Shown: positions 27,699 to 39,607, counted from the first letter of the stretch. The stretch is 42,193 nt of DNA from an uncultured Ignavibacteria bacterium (GCA_937996765.1 CALKUG010000006.1:1-42193); one strand, 5' to 3'. Notes: a model not told the origin generated them from the letters alone. Made by a program: numbers and translations.

Positions 27699-29801
27699 TT
27701 AATATTCGTCTAAAGCTGATTTTTTACCTGATGACTTCTCAGCTATTTCTTCAGCAAGAGCTTTAGGCACTTCCTGGTAGTGTGAGAATTGCATTGAATA
27801 GATTGCTCTACCCTGCGACATCGAGCGCATTGTTGTTGCATAACCAAACATCTCCGAAAGCGGAACTTGTGCTTTAATAACCTGCGCATCTTTACGTGCG
27901 TTAAAGCCTTCAATTCTGCCACGACGTGAATTCATGTCACCCATGATTTCGCCGAGATAATCTTCCGGTGTTACGATCTCAACCGCCATTATCGGCTCTA
28001 AGAGCACCGGCTTAGCTTTGCGGCATCCGTTTTTGAACGCCATGGAACCTGCAACCTTAAATGATAATTCGTCTGAATCAACATCATGATACGAACCATC
28101 TATTAATCTTACTTTTATGTCAACTACTGGGAATCCTGCGAGAACACCATTTTTCATGGCCTCTTGGATACCGTGATTAACTGCCGGGATGTATTCTTTT
28201 GGAACTGTACCACCGACTATACCATTGACAAACTCATATCCTTTGCCTGTTTCATTGGGTTCCAAATCAATCCAAACGTGTCCGAATTTACCGCGACCAC
28301 CTGTTTGTTTCTGGAATTTACCTTCAACAGTAACTTTTTCACGAATGGTTTCTCTGTAGGCAACCTGTGGTTTGCCAACATTTGCTTCCACTTTAAATTC
28401 TCTTCTCATTCTATCGATAAGAATTTCTAAGTGAAGCTCACCCATTCCGGAAATAATAGTTTGACCGGTTTCATCGTCAACATGAACTCTAAAAGTAGGA
28501 TCTTCATCGCTCAATCTTGAAAGAGCATCAGATAATTTATCCTGATCAGCCTTTGTTTTCGGCTCAATAGCAATGTGAATAACAGGCTCTGGGAATACCA
28601 TACGCTCTAATAATACTGGTGTGTCTTCATCGCACAATGTATCACCGGTACGTGTGTATTTAAGCCCAACAACTGCACAAATGTCACCAGCTCTTACTTC
28701 CGAAATTTCTTGACGGGAGTTAGCATGCATTTGAAGAATACGACTAATGCGTTCTTTTTTGTTGCTTACAGTGTTATAAACATAAGAGCCAGCTTCTAAT
28801 TTTCCGGTATAAACACGGACAAAAGTTAGTTTACCTACATAAGGGTCAGTCATTATTTTGAATGCAAGAGCAGTAAATTTTTCATCCGAAGCTACACGTC
28901 TTTCAACATCTTCTTCTGTTTTGGTATTGTGAGCAATAACAAAATCAGTGTCAGTAGGAGCAGGAAGAAAATCTACAACTGCATCAAGTAATCTCTGAAC
29001 GCCTTTGTTTTTGAACGATGCACCACATATTACCGGGATAATCTTGTTACCAACAGTAGCTAATCGTAGTACACGGTTAATTTCATCAACAGAAATTTCT
29101 TGACCGTCAAGGTACTTCTCAAGCAATGTATCATCAACATCAGATACTGCTTCGAGCATTTCTGTTCTAAATTTGTTTGAAACCTCTACCAAATCATGAG
29201 GAATTTCGATATCATCGAAGGTCATACCAAGTGTATCTTCGTGGAAAACACGAGCCTTCATAGTAATAAGGTCTATATGGCCTGCATAGATATCACCTGC
29301 ACCGATTGGTAAGGTAATAGGAATCGCATTAGCTCCAAGACGTTCTCTAATCATGCCAAGAGCATTATAGAAGTCTGCACCAATACGGTCCATTTTATTA
29401 ATAAATGCTATACGGGGAACACCGTATTTATCTGCCTGACGCCAAACGGTTTCAGATTGTGGCTCTACGCCTCCAACTGCACAAAACAGTGCAACAGCTC
29501 CGTCGAGTACGCGTAATGAACGCTCTACTTCAACAGTAAAATCAACGTGACCGGGAGTATCAATGATGTTAATCTGATGATCTCTCCACTCACAAGTAGT
29601 TGCGGCCGAGGTAATAGTAATACCACGTTCTTTTTCTTGTTCCATCCAGTCCATGGTAGCCGCACCATCATGAACCTCTCCAATTCTGTGAGTTTTACCG
29701 GTATAAAAGAGAACGCGCTCAGTTGTAGTGGTTTTTCCGGCATCAATGTGTGCCATAATACCAATATTTCTTACACGCTCTATCGGGAGTCTTTTACTCA
29801 T
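27699..29801 (-). CDS. fusA: Elongation factor G
   Basis: [30 protein letters not shown], 700 aa. Confidence 0.99.
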   Translation of the reverse strand: MSKRLPIERVRNIGIMAHIDAGKTTTTERVLFYTGKTHRIGEVHDGAATMDWMEQEKERGITITSAATTCEWRDHQINIIDTPGHVDFTVEVERSLRVLDGAVALFCAVGGVEPQSETVWRQADKYGVPRIAFINKMDRIGADFYNALGMIRERLGANAIPITLPIGAGDIYAGHIDLITMKARVFHEDTLGMTFDDIEIPHDLVEVSNKFRTEMLEAVSDVDDTLLEKYLDGQEISVDEINRVLRLATVGNKIIPVICGASFKNKGVQRLLDAVVDFLPAPTDTDFVIAHNTKTEEDVERRVASDEKFTALAFKIMTDPYVGKLTFVRVYTGKLEAGSYVYNTVSNKKERISRILQMHANSRQEISEVRAGDICAVVGLKYTRTGDTLCDEDTPVLLERMVFPEPVIHIAIEPKTKADQDKLSDALSRLSDEDPTFRVHVDDETGQTIISGMGELHLEILIDRMRREFKVEANVGKPQVAYRETIREKVTVEGKFQKQTGGRGKFGHVWIDLEPNETGKGYEFVNGIVGGTVPKEYIPAVNHGIQEAMKNGVLAGFPVVDIKVRLIDGSYHDVDSDELSFKVAGSMAFKNGCRKAKPVLLEPIMAVEIVTPEDYLGEIMGDMNSRRGRIEGFNARKDAQVIKAQVPLSEMFGYATTMRSMSQGRAIYSMQFSHYQEVPKALAEEIAEKSSGKKSALDEY

Positions 29802-29835
29802 TATAACTTAATCTTTTCCTATTCGTTGCTGAAGC

Positions 29836-30303
29836 TTACCACTTAAAATGTGCGAAAGCTTTGTTAGCTTCGGCCATTTTATGAGTCTCTTCTTTCTTCT
29901 TAACTGCTGAACCTTCGTTGTTCGATGCGGAAATCAATTCGCTTGCTAATTTTGCAGAGAAACTTTTTTCGCTGCGATTGCGAGCATAATTTTTTAACCA
30001 ACGGAATGCAAGTGCTTGCTTACGCTCTGCTCTAACTTCCATAGGCACCTGGTAAGTAGCACCGCCAACACGGCGGCTTCTCACCTCTATAAGAGGGGAA
30101 ACATTACTAATTGCTTTTTTGAATACATCTATTCCGGGCTTCTTAGTTTTTTCTTCGATGATTTCGAACGCTTCGTAAACAACTTTACGAGCTACCGATT
30201 TTTTACCATCGTACATAATCACGTTTACAAATTTGGCTAATGTCAAATCGTTAAACTTAGGATCCGGATTTATATAACGCTTCGGGGCTCTTTTCTTTCT
30301 CAT
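29836..30303 (-). CDS. rpsG: 30S ribosomal protein S7
   Basis: [21 protein letters not shown]...[16 protein letters not shown]. Confidence 0.98.
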   Translation of the reverse strand: MRKKRAPKRYINPDPKFNDLTLAKFVNVIMYDGKKSVARKVVYEAFEIIEEKTKKPGIDVFKKAISNVSPLIEVRSRRVGGATYQVPMEVRAERKQALAFRWLKNYARNRSEKSFSAKLASELISASNNEGSAVKKKEETHKMAEANKAFAHFKW

Positions 30304-30309
30304 AATATC

Positions 30310-30687
30310 TTATTTACCCTTTGGTTTCTTAGCACCATACTTAGAACGGCTTTGTTTTCTATCCTGAACTCCGTTGGAGTCTAAAGTTCCACGGATAATA
30401 TGATAACGCACACCCGGAAGATCTTTCACTCTACCGCCTCTTATGAGTACTATCGAGTGTTCTTGAAGGTTGTGACCTTCGCCCGGAATGTATGCAGTTA
30501 CTTCAATGTGGTTTGTTAAGCGAACTCTCGCAACCTTACGCAAAGCTGAATTAGGCTTCTTTGGCGTAGTGGTATAAACCCTGGTGCACACGCCTCTTTT
30601 TTGCGGGCAGGCATCAAGAGCCGGAGCTTTGTTCTTGGACTTAATTACCTGTCGGCCTTTTCGAACCAATTGGTTGATTGTAGGCAA
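30310..30687 (-). CDS. rpsL: 30S ribosomal protein S12
   Basis: [11 protein letters not shown]...[28 protein letters not shown] start with AGGAG 6 nt upstream. An in-frame TGA lies 5 codons upstream and there is no ATG. Confidence 0.98.
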   Translation of the reverse strand: MPTINQLVRKGRQVIKSKNKAPALDACPQKRGVCTRVYTTTPKKPNSALRKVARVRLTNHIEVTAYIPGEGHNLQEHSIVLIRGGRVKDLPGVRYHIIRGTLDSNGVQDRKQSRSKYGAKKPKGK

Positions 30688-30730
30688 CGTTGACTCCTGT
30701 CAAAAAATCAAAAATTTGTACTTAATAAAA

Positions 30731-30776
30731 TTGAGCCTTGCAATGTACGGAAAAGAATAAACTTTGTCAAGTTTAT
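30731..30776. repeat. Copy A of a duplicated about 46-bp promoter module containing the inverted repeat ATAAACTT-N4-AAGTTTAT
   Basis: ttgagccttgcaatgtacggaaaagaATAAACTTTGTCAAGTTTAT. The 20-mer at 30757-30776 is identical to 30973-30992. Confidence 0.85.
30742..30770 (-). promoter_or_regulatory. Proximal sigma-70 promoter (P1) of the rpsL-rpsG-fusA-tuf operon
   Basis: Minus strand TTGACA (30765-30770), exactly 17 nt, TACATT (30742-30747), about 55 nt upstream of the rpsL start. Confidence 0.65.
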
Positions 30777-30947
30777 CAGTCCTTTGATTTACTTTTACAT
30801 TGTGTTCTTCATAGCTCTGATATAGGCGCTGCTTCGGCGAAATGTCTCGCCCGGAGGGATCAGCGATGTCATCAAAGTTTTAGGCGTTAGAACATATTGG
30901 CTGCTTTTTTTCCAGCAGCTAAATCATCAAATTCTAAATTAAAAAAT

Positions 30948-30992
30948 TTGAGCCTTCAATATAGTGAGAAGTATAAACTTTGTCAAGTTTAT
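30948..30992. repeat. Copy B of the duplicated promoter module
   Basis: ttgagccttcaatatagtgagaagtATAAACTTTGTCAAGTTTAT. Shares the ttgagcctt(g)caat block and the identical 20-mer with copy A. Confidence 0.85.
30958..30986 (-). promoter_or_regulatory. Distal sigma-70 promoter (P2), a duplicate of P1 216 bp upstream
   Basis: Minus strand TTGACA (30981-30986), exactly 17 nt, TATATT (30958-30963). Begins about 30 nt after the rpoC stop. Confidence 0.6.
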
Positions 30993-31014
30993 ACTTCCCT
31001 AAATCGCTATTTTT

Positions 31015-34000
31015 TTATCGATTTCTTATTCCGGCAGCAATTTGTGCTGCTTCTGCACCATTATCTTCAAGAATTGGCTGTGCAACTGGCTCATCTGTCT
31101 TTATTGCAATCGAGCGATACTTACGTAATCCTGTACCTGCCGGTATTAAACGACCCATAATTACGTTTTCTTTCAAGCCGCGTAAAGAATCAACTTTTGC
31201 CGCTACTGCTGCGTTTGCCAGTACTTTTGTTGTTTCCTGGAACGAAGCTGCAGAAAGGAAACTCTCGGTTGAGAGCGATGCACTGGTTATACCTAATAAG
31301 ATATGACCAAATGTAGCACCTTTAGCCTCGCGAGCTTCAATTTCTTTACGAGATTTTCTCGTTAAATCGTTATTGAACTCTCTGAGCATATTTCTTGAAA
31401 TTTGTGTGCCTTTTGCAATTTTTGAATCGCCCGAATCTTCAACCAATATGGTGTTTTGAAGACGTTCGTTCTCTTCAATTAAATCGAACTTATCCACATG
31501 ATCATCTTCAAGGAAGCGTGAATCACCCGGATTAATAATCCGTTGTTTCTGTAACATCTGGCGTACAATTACCTCAATGTGTTTATCATTGATTTTAACA
31601 CCTTGCACACGGTAAACTTCCTGAATCTCATTCACGAGATACTCTTGAACTGCATTGGGGCCTTTAATCTGCAAAATATCATGCGGATTCAAAGGTCCGT
31701 CTGTCAAACGCTCGCCTGCCGGAATTTCTTCACCTTCTTGTACAAGAATGTGACGTGAGAGAGGCACGCTGTAACGTTTTTCAACAGAACCATCTACTGC
31801 AGTAACAATAATCTCTCTGGAACCTTTTTTACGAGCACCAAATTTAACCACACCTTCAATTTCCGAAATCCAAGCGGGATCCTGAGGGGCACGCGCTTCG
31901 AATAACTCAGTTACTCGAGGCAAACCGCCTGTAATATCTCTGGATTTACCAGCCTGACGTGAAATTTTTGCAAGAACTTCACCCGCTTCAACAATTTTTC
32001 CTTCTTCAACTGAAAGAATTGCCTTCGAAGGTAAGCTTATTACTTTTGTTCTGCCGTCATCAAGTGTGATAATAATACTTGGCGAAAGACTCTTGTCTTT
32101 TGGCTCAATAATTTGCTTGATAGAGTTACCGGTTAGATCGTCCGTAAGAACGTTCATGGTAACACCTTCAATAATATCTGAGAAAGTAACTTTACCTGGT
32201 ATGTCGGTAAGGATTACCGCATTGTACTGATCATGTGAGTAAAGGATAGATTTAGCATTAACTAATTTTCCTTCTTTCACAATCAAGGAAGCACCATAAG
32301 GTACATCAACTTTTTTAACCAAAACGTTATTGTCGTCGTATATTTCTATTACGCCACGTCTTCCGGTTACAACCAATACCTCACCAAGCAATGGATCGCG
32401 TTTTTCAACACCAACAATTCTGGAGAATTGTACATGGCCGTTGATTTTTGCTTCCACCATGCTTTGGCTCGCAATACGCGATGCAGTACCACCCAAGTGG
32501 AACGTGCGAAGTGTAAGCTGTGTACCGGGCTCACCGATTGACTGAGCAGCTATAACACCTACAGCTTCACCAACTTCAACTAATTTTCCGTTGGTTAAGT
32601 TACGTCCGTAACACTTAGCGCAAACACCTTGACGCGATTCGCAAGTTAATACTGTTCTAATTAACACCGATTCAATACTTGCATTCTCAATTTTGGTTGC
32701 AAGTTCTTCGTTAATGAGAGTACCAGCTTCTGCAATTAACTCGTGTGTACGAATATCATAAACATCTTCGTTGAGAACGCGTCCAATGATACGCTCAGAA
32801 AGTGATTCGCGTTCTTCGGAGGCATCTTTAAGAGCTGAAACTCTCATGCCAAGAATAGTGCCGCAATCATCTTGTGAGATAATAACATCCTGAGCTACGT
32901 CAACTAAACGACGGGTAAGATAACCTGCATCCGCTGTTTTAAGAGCTGTATCTGCCAAACCTTTACGAGCACCGTGTGTAGAGATAAAGTACTCTAATAC
33001 GGTAAGACCTTCTTTAAAGCTTGCGATAATCGGATTTTCGATAATTTCGCCGGCCTGTCCGGAAAGTGATTTTTGAGGTTTCTGCATCAATCCGCGCATA
33101 CCGCCTAACTGACGAACCTGCTCTTGCGATCCTCTCGCACCTGAGTCAACCATCATATGAATCGGGTTAAAACCTAAGTTGTTCACCTTTAAGCGATCCA
33201 TAAGTGCTTTTGTTACGTCGTTGGTTGTATGTGTCCAGATATCGATAATTTTATTATAACGTTCACCTTCAGTGATAAGACCGTTATCATACTCATTGAA
33301 TACAACTTTAACACGTTGTTCGGCTTGTTTAATCATTTCAACTTTTTCGTTTGGTATAACCACGTCGCTAAAGCTGATAGAAATTCCGCCCATCATAGCG
33401 TGTTTGAAGCCAAGTTCTTTTAAATCGTCGAGGAATTTAGCGGTTACTTTATTGCCGAGTTTCATAAACATCTTACCAATAAAGCTACCAAATGCCTTTT
33501 TCACGAGCAGCGAGTTAAAATAACCCATATCTTTGGGTATAATTTGATTGAGTATTACACGGCCAACCGTGGTTTCAATCATTTCACCGTCTATTCTCAC
33601 CTTAATACCGGCATGAAGTCCAACAACTTTAGAGTTGTGAGCAACAATTACCTCTTCAGGTGCACTAAAGGTCATTCCTTCGCCTAAGTCGCCTTCTTTT
33701 TTCTTGGTGAGATAATACACACCAAGTACGATATCCTGTGTAGGAACCGTAATAGGACTTCCGTTCTGAGGTGAAAGAATGTTGTGAGCACTAAGCATCA
33801 ATAATTGAGCTTCGAGCTGTGCTTCATGACTCAGTGGAACGTGAACCGCCATCTGGTCACCGTCAAAATCCGCGTTAAACGCTGTACACACCATTGGGTG
33901 TAAACGAATAGCCTTTTCATCGATAAGCATCGGCTGGAATGCCTGAATACCTAAACGGTGAAGCGTAGGAGCACGGTTTAACAATACTGGATGTCCGGAA

Positions 34001-35289
34001 ATAATTTTCTCAAGAATTTCCCAAATAATCGGGTCTTTTCTTTCGACAACTTTTTTCGCACTTTTTACAGTTTTATTATGTCCGCGTTCAATTAATTTTC
34101 TAATAATGAATGGTTTGAATAACTCTACTGCCATATCTTTAGGAAGACCGCACTGGTGGAGTTTCAACTCAGGGCCTACCACAATAACGCTACGGCCTGA
34201 ATAATCCACACGTTTACCAAGCAAATTCTGACGGAAACGACCTTGTTTACCTTTTAGCATATCACTGAGTGATTTCAAAGGTCTATTGTTATCGCTTCTT
34301 ACCGCAGAACCACGGCGTGAATTGTCAAATAATGCATCAACTGCTTCCTGAAGCATACGTTTCTCGTTACGTAAAATAACTTCAGGTGCTTTGATGTCAA
34401 TTAATCTCTTTAAACGATTGTTACGAATAATTACTCTTCTGTACAAATCATTTAAGTCTGATGTAGCAAATCTACCGCCTTCGAGGGGAACTAAAGGACG
34501 TAATTCAGGTGGAATTACGGGTATATAGCTAAGAACCATCCATTCAGGTTTGTTCTCAACTTTATCTTCTCTTTCATCTTTTCTGCGGAATGCTTCTAAA
34601 ACACGAAGACGTTTAAGTACATCCTCACGTTTTTGAGCACTTGTTTCATTTGCTAAGCGTTCCTTCAATTCAACAAAAAGTTGCTCAGGATCGAGCTTTT
34701 TAAGCAGCTCGCGTATAGCATCGCCACCAATTTTTGCATAGAATTTTCTTGGATCGCTATCAGGAAGTTTATCATTTCCAATTGCTAACGAATTAAGAAT
34801 CTCAAAGTATTGCTCCTCGGTAATCAAATCGTTAACATTTAAACCTGTCGGACCCGGGTTAAGAACCACATACGATTCGTAATAAACTATTCTTTCAAGT
34901 TCTTTTAACGAAAATCCGAGAAGGTTACCAATTTTTGAGGGCTGCGAACGGAAAAACCAAATGTGAACAACCGGTACTGCAAGTGCAATATGACCCATTC
35001 TCTCACGGCGTACACTCTTCTGTGTAACTTCAACACCGCAACGGTCGCACACAATACCTTTATATCTTATTCTTTTGTATTTTCCGCAATAACATTCCCA
35101 ATCTCTGGTTGGTCCAAATATCTTTTCACAGAAAAGTCCGTCTTTTTCAGGACGGTAGGAACGATAATTAATCGTTTCCGGCTTTGTCACCTCACCACGC
35201 GAGCGTGATAGTATATCATCCGGGCTCGCCAATGTTATAGTAATGCTCACTACATCTTTTGGAGCAGTATCTTGACTTCTTGAAGACAT
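31015..35289 (-). CDS. rpoC: DNA-directed RNA polymerase subunit beta'
   Basis: 1424 aa, zinc motif [23 protein letters not shown], catalytic [12 protein letters not shown]. Confidence 0.99.
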   Translation of the reverse strand: MSSRSQDTAPKDVVSITITLASPDDILSRSRGEVTKPETINYRSYRPEKDGLFCEKIFGPTRDWECYCGKYKRIRYKGIVCDRCGVEVTQKSVRRERMGHIALAVPVVHIWFFRSQPSKIGNLLGFSLKELERIVYYESYVVLNPGPTGLNVNDLITEEQYFEILNSLAIGNDKLPDSDPRKFYAKIGGDAIRELLKKLDPEQLFVELKERLANETSAQKREDVLKRLRVLEAFRRKDEREDKVENKPEWMVLSYIPVIPPELRPLVPLEGGRFATSDLNDLYRRVIIRNNRLKRLIDIKAPEVILRNEKRMLQEAVDALFDNSRRGSAVRSDNNRPLKSLSDMLKGKQGRFRQNLLGKRVDYSGRSVIVVGPELKLHQCGLPKDMAVELFKPFIIRKLIERGHNKTVKSAKKVVERKDPIIWEILEKIISGHPVLLNRAPTLHRLGIQAFQPMLIDEKAIRLHPMVCTAFNADFDGDQMAVHVPLSHEAQLEAQLLMLSAHNILSPQNGSPITVPTQDIVLGVYYLTKKKEGDLGEGMTFSAPEEVIVAHNSKVVGLHAGIKVRIDGEMIETTVGRVILNQIIPKDMGYFNSLLVKKAFGSFIGKMFMKLGNKVTAKFLDDLKELGFKHAMMGGISISFSDVVIPNEKVEMIKQAEQRVKVVFNEYDNGLITEGERYNKIIDIWTHTTNDVTKALMDRLKVNNLGFNPIHMMVDSGARGSQEQVRQLGGMRGLMQKPQKSLSGQAGEIIENPIIASFKEGLTVLEYFISTHGARKGLADTALKTADAGYLTRRLVDVAQDVIISQDDCGTILGMRVSALKDASEERESLSERIIGRVLNEDVYDIRTHELIAEAGTLINEELATKIENASIESVLIRTVLTCESRQGVCAKCYGRNLTNGKLVEVGEAVGVIAAQSIGEPGTQLTLRTFHLGGTASRIASQSMVEAKINGHVQFSRIVGVEKRDPLLGEVLVVTGRRGVIEIYDDNNVLVKKVDVPYGASLIVKEGKLVNAKSILYSHDQYNAVILTDIPGKVTFSDIIEGVTMNVLTDDLTGNSIKQIIEPKDKSLSPSIIITLDDGRTKVISLPSKAILSVEEGKIVEAGEVLAKISRQAGKSRDITGGLPRVTELFEARAPQDPAWISEIEGVVKFGARKKGSREIIVTAVDGSVEKRYSVPLSRHILVQEGEEIPAGERLTDGPLNPHDILQIKGPNAVQEYLVNEIQEVYRVQGVKINDKHIEVIVRQMLQKQRIINPGDSRFLEDDHVDKFDLIEENERLQNTILVEDSGDSKIAKGTQISRNMLREFNNDLTRKSRKEIEAREAKGATFGHILLGITSASLSTESFLSAASFQETTKVLANAAVAAKVDSLRGLKENVIMGRLIPAGTGLRKYRSIAIKTDEPVAQPILEDNGAEAAQIAAGIRNR

Positions 35290-35323
35290 ATTTTCTCCTT
35301 ATTCGCCTTTCTCTCTTCTGTTA

Positions 35324-38300
35324 TTACCGTTCGGTTTTCTTTATATCAAGACCGAGACCTTGTAGCTCTTTAATAAGTACGTTAAACGATTCAGGCACAT
35401 TCAGTTCGCTGATGTTTTCGCCTTTAACAATCGCTTCATATACTTTAGCGCGTCCCGATACGTCATCACTTTTAACGGTGAGAATTTCCTGAAGAATATG
35501 TGAAGCACCGTAGGCCTCAAGAGCCCACACTTCCATTTCTCCAAATCTCTGTCCGCCAAATTGCGCTTTGCCACCAAGGGGCTGCTGAGTGATTAGTGAG
35601 TATGGTCCGATAGCCCTTGCATGGATTTTATCATCCACCATGTGGCTAAGTTTGAGCATATAAATATACCCTACGGTAACCGGTTGATGGAAAAACTCAC
35701 CGGTTCTTCCGTCAATCATTTGTGTTTTACAACCTGCAGGCAGTTCTGCTTGTTCCAACCAACCTTCAACGTCGCTCACTTTAGCACCGTCGAATACAGG
35801 GGTTGCGAACTTAACGCCGAGTTTTTTACCAACCCAACCCAAGGCAGTTTCATACAACTGACCAATGTTCATACGCGAAGGTACGCCAAGTGGGTTAAGT
35901 ATCATTTCAATCGGGGTTCCATCAGGTAAAAATGGCATATCTTCCATAGGTACAACCTTAGAAACTACACCTTTATTACCGTGGCGTCCTGCCATCTTAT
36001 CACCTACTGAGATTTTTCTCTTTTTGGCGATATAAACTTTTGCGAGCTGAACAATTCCCGGAGGCAATTCATCGCCACCTTGAATTTTTGCTTTAGCTCT
36101 TTTGTAAAGCTCGTCAATTTCAATCTGCTTAATGTAGAAGTTTTTGTAGAGCTTTGTTACAAAATTGTTTAATTCTTCGCTATCGAACCACTTTGAGTGG
36201 AAGTCTAAACGAGCAATTACTTCATGGTCTGCGAAGTTGGAGTCTTTAACTTCAACGCCGGATTTTACCACTATCGAGCCGTCTTGGTCACGAATACCAA
36301 GAGTCTTTTTCCCTGAGCAAAGCAAGGCTAATTTCTTGCCTAACAGGTCAAATAGGTGAGAAAGCTCGCGTTTATGCTTTTCCTCAAGTTCAGCTAAAAG
36401 CTTTTGCTCATGCTTCTTGTGGTCGCTTCCTTCTTTTTTACGGCGTGAAAAAATTCTCGTTTTAACAATAGTACCACGTAATCCGGGTGATGCCTTTAAT
36501 GATGCATCTTTAACATCACCGGCTTTATCACCAAAAATAGCACGGAGCAATTTTTCTTCAGGTGTTGGGTCACTTTCACCTTTTGGGGTGATTTTACCAA
36601 TAAGAATGTCGCCTTCTTTAACTTCAGCGCCTTCACGGATGACACCATGTTCGTCAAGATTTTTAATCATCTCTTCGTTAACATTAGGGATATCGCGTGT
36701 TAATTCTTCTTCACCGCGTTTGGTTTCGCGCACCTGAAGTTCAACTTCTTCGATATGAATTGATGTGAATACATCGTTAGCTACTAATTTTTCACTCACG
36801 ATAATAGCATCCTCGAAGTTGTAACCTCTCCATGGCATAAACGCTACTAAAACGTTACGTCCAAGTGCAAGTTCACCGCCATCAGTTGCAAATCCATCAG
36901 CCAATACATCGCCTTTTTTAACCTTTTGGCCCGGTTTTACAATCGGCTTTTGGTTAATACAGGTTTCTTGGTTGGTTCCGCTGAACTTGATAAGTCGGTA
37001 TTCAATTTTCTTGGAATCCGCAAACTGTACAACATACTGTGGTTCGTTGGGGTCGATATCGTAGTTAACAATAATTTTATCACTATCTACATATTCAACA
37101 AATCCTGAGTTTTCTGCCAATATCACCGCACGGGTATCTTCGGCAACGGTTTTCTCAAGACCGGTTCCAACAACTGGAGCTTCCGGACGAATAAGTGGAA
37201 CTGCTTGGCGTTGCATATTCGAGCCCATGAGTGCACGGTTAGCATCATCATGTTCAAGAAATGGAATCAATGCCGCTGCCGCACTTACTATCTGAGCCGG
37301 CGAAACGTCCATATATTGTATGTTTTCAGGTAATGAAAGCGGGAAATCACCTTTGAAACGTGATTTTACACGCTCGTTGGAGAATTTACCCTCTTCAAAG
37401 GCCTCGTTTGCCTGTGCAATCGTAAAATGATCTTCTTGCTCTGCTGTCAAATACTCAACTTGGTCAGAAACTGCTCCACTATCAACTTTGCGATAAGGGG
37501 TTTCTAAGAAGCCGTACTTGTTTACGCGTGCGTAAATGGTAAGCGAAGAAATAAGACCAATGTTCGGTCCTTCAGGGGTTTCAATGGGGCACAAACGACC
37601 GTAGTGGGTGTAATGTACGTCACGAACCTCAAATCCTGCTCTTTCACGTGTAAGACCGCCTGGTCCTAATGCTGACATTCTTCTTTTGTGAGTTAATTCA
37701 CTCAGAGGATTTGTCTGATCCATAAACTGTGAAAGTTGGTTTGTGCCAAAAAATCCGTTAATAACACTGCTGATTGTGCGTGCGTTCACCAAATCTTGAG
37801 GTGTAAAACCTTCGGTGTCTCTCATATTCATACGTTCTTTAATTGTACGAATCATACGAGCTACGCCGGTATTAAATTGTTGTTGAAGCTGTTCACCAAC
37901 TGTTCTAACACGTCTGTTTCCAAGATGGTCAATATCATCAAAAGATTCTTTGCCGTCTTTCATGCGAATCATGTATTTCATGATTGCTACAATATCTTCA
38001 GGGGTTAAAACTGTGGTAGATTCAGGAATTCCCAAATTTAATTTGTCGTTCATACGATGTCTGCCCACCTCACCAAGGTCGTAGCGTTTATCGTTGAAGA
38101 ACAATTTTTCAATTAGTCCGGCTGCAGTATCCAAATCAGGGGCTTCACCGGTTCTTAATTGTCTGTAAATTGAGAATAGTGCTTCTTCGCGTGTATGCGA
38201 AGAATCTTTTTTAAGAGTATTAAGTATTAAATCTTGTTCGGTATTGAGGTCATTGCGAATAAGTTTTATAACATCAACTTCAGCTTCGCGAATACGTTCA

Positions 38301-39088
38301 ATGGTCTCTTCGTTGATAATGCTTTCGCGAGTGAGGAAAATCTCACCGGTATTCATATCAAAAACATCTGCGGCAACAACACGGCCAATCAGAGTTTCGA
38401 GCTCTGTTGCATTAACATCAACATCTTCAAACATATCAAACAATCCGAGTATTTCATCATCGGCAACATAGTTTAATGCGCGGAGAAGTGTTGTAGAGGG
38501 GAATTTCTTTTTACGATCTATATAAACATAGAGAACGTGGTTAATATCGGTTGCAAACTCAACCCATGAACCTTTAAGAGGAATAATACGGGCAGAATAA
38601 AGGGGAGTACCGTTAGCGTGATGGGTAAGAGAGAACGCCACACCAGGCGATCTGTGCAATTGCGAAACTACAACACGTTCAGCGCCATTAATTATAAATG
38701 TGGCACTTTCGGTCATAAAAGGCAGGTTTCCAAGATAGACTTCCTGCTGTACGGTGTTTACAAATTCTTGGGTTTCTTCATCTTTACGCGAAAGACGTAA
38801 TTTTGCTTTAAGCGGAGCCGCGTAAGTTAAACCTTTTTCTTTGCACTCTTGAATCGAATAACGGGGGGCATCTATATGATACTCAATAAAATCTAAACGG
38901 AAAAACTCTTTGGTGTCAAGAACCGGGAAGTTGGCCAGAAACACATTCTGCAACCCCTTATTTTCACGCTCTGCCGGTGGTATATTAAGTTGTAAAAAAT
39001 CCTCAAACGATTCCTTCTGCACGGCCAATAAATCAGGTATATCTATTATTGGTTTTATTTTGCTAAAGGATATTCTTTGGCTATCCAC
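35324..39088 (-). CDS. rpoB: DNA-directed RNA polymerase subunit beta
   Basis: 1254 aa, GDKMAGRHGNKGVVSK, FGEMEVWALEAYGA. GTG start. Confidence 0.99.
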   Translation of the reverse strand: MDSQRISFSKIKPIIDIPDLLAVQKESFEDFLQLNIPPAERENKGLQNVFLANFPVLDTKEFFRLDFIEYHIDAPRYSIQECKEKGLTYAAPLKAKLRLSRKDEETQEFVNTVQQEVYLGNLPFMTESATFIINGAERVVVSQLHRSPGVAFSLTHHANGTPLYSARIIPLKGSWVEFATDINHVLYVYIDRKKKFPSTTLLRALNYVADDEILGLFDMFEDVDVNATELETLIGRVVAADVFDMNTGEIFLTRESIINEETIERIREAEVDVIKLIRNDLNTEQDLILNTLKKDSSHTREEALFSIYRQLRTGEAPDLDTAAGLIEKLFFNDKRYDLGEVGRHRMNDKLNLGIPESTTVLTPEDIVAIMKYMIRMKDGKESFDDIDHLGNRRVRTVGEQLQQQFNTGVARMIRTIKERMNMRDTEGFTPQDLVNARTISSVINGFFGTNQLSQFMDQTNPLSELTHKRRMSALGPGGLTRERAGFEVRDVHYTHYGRLCPIETPEGPNIGLISSLTIYARVNKYGFLETPYRKVDSGAVSDQVEYLTAEQEDHFTIAQANEAFEEGKFSNERVKSRFKGDFPLSLPENIQYMDVSPAQIVSAAAALIPFLEHDDANRALMGSNMQRQAVPLIRPEAPVVGTGLEKTVAEDTRAVILAENSGFVEYVDSDKIIVNYDIDPNEPQYVVQFADSKKIEYRLIKFSGTNQETCINQKPIVKPGQKVKKGDVLADGFATDGGELALGRNVLVAFMPWRGYNFEDAIIVSEKLVANDVFTSIHIEEVELQVRETKRGEEELTRDIPNVNEEMIKNLDEHGVIREGAEVKEGDILIGKITPKGESDPTPEEKLLRAIFGDKAGDVKDASLKASPGLRGTIVKTRIFSRRKKEGSDHKKHEQKLLAELEEKHKRELSHLFDLLGKKLALLCSGKKTLGIRDQDGSIVVKSGVEVKDSNFADHEVIARLDFHSKWFDSEELNNFVTKLYKNFYIKQIEIDELYKRAKAKIQGGDELPPGIVQLAKVYIAKKRKISVGDKMAGRHGNKGVVSKVVPMEDMPFLPDGTPIEMILNPLGVPSRMNIGQLYETALGWVGKKLGVKFATPVFDGAKVSDVEGWLEQAELPAGCKTQMIDGRTGEFFHQPVTVGYIYMLKLSHMVDDKIHARAIGPYSLITQQPLGGKAQFGGQRFGEMEVWALEAYGASHILQEILTVKSDDVSGRAKVYEAIVKGENISELNVPESFNVLIKELQGLGLDIKKTER

Positions 39089-39150
39089 ATGTACCTCGGT
39101 GTTAAAATGGTTTGCCTGAACATTTCAGGACAAAAAAACGGCTATATACA

Positions 39151-39187
39151 AATAAAAAGCGATGAGGGGCGTACTACGCCACTCATC
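39151..39187 (-). terminator. rplL-rpoB intergenic attenuator/terminator
   Basis: Minus strand gatgagtggcg-tagta-cgcccctcatc (one mismatch) followed by gcTTTTTaTTT. Confidence 0.7.
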
Positions 39188-39229
39188 ACTTTAGAAAAAT
39201 AATGCTAATGAAAGTAAAGTATTCAGTTA

Positions 39230-39607
39230 TTACTTAATGCTTACTTTTGCACCGGCTTCAACGAGCTCTTTCATAATTTTCTCAGCTTCGTCTTTAGAAA
39301 TAGCTTCTTTAACAGGCTTTGGAGCACCGTCAACTAAGTCTTTTGCTTCTTTCAAACCGAGACCGGTATGAGCACGAACTGCTTTGATTACGTTAAGTTT
39401 GCTATCGCCGGCTGCTTCGAGGATAACATCGAATTCGGTTTTCTCTTCAACCGGAGCTGCTGCTGCTGCTGCAACCGGGCCACCCATCATCATTGGGGCT
39501 GCTGCGGTTACACCAAATTCATCTTCTAATGCTTTTTTTAATTCAGCTGCTTCAACTAAGGTTAAAGCTTTGATTTTTTCTACTAATTCTGCGATTTTCT
39601 CAGACAT
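39230..39607 (-). CDS. rplL: 50S ribosomal protein L7/L12
   Basis: Ala-rich hinge [19 protein letters not shown]-terminal domain [27 protein letters not shown]. Confidence 0.98.
   Translation of the reverse strand: MSEKIAELVEKIKALTLVEAAELKKALEDEFGVTAAAPMMMGGPVAAAAAAPVEEKTEFDVILEAAGDSKLNVIKAVRAHTGLGLKEAKDLVDGAPKPVKEAISKDEAEKIMKELVEAGAKVSIK

Noticed and set aside
30792-30869. 25-codon minus-strand ORF (MTSLIPPGETFRRSSAYIRAMKNTM) as a leader peptide
   Set aside because: It has no Shine-Dalgarno site, and it overlaps the GC-rich helix that explains the sequence better. It is mentioned only as a caveat.
30897-31306. Two plus-strand ORFs (87 and 108 aa) at the rpoC 3' end and promoter spacer
   Set aside because: They overlap the rpoC coding sequence in antisense and run through the promoter repeat. 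No domain signal. The region is better explained as regulatory DNA.
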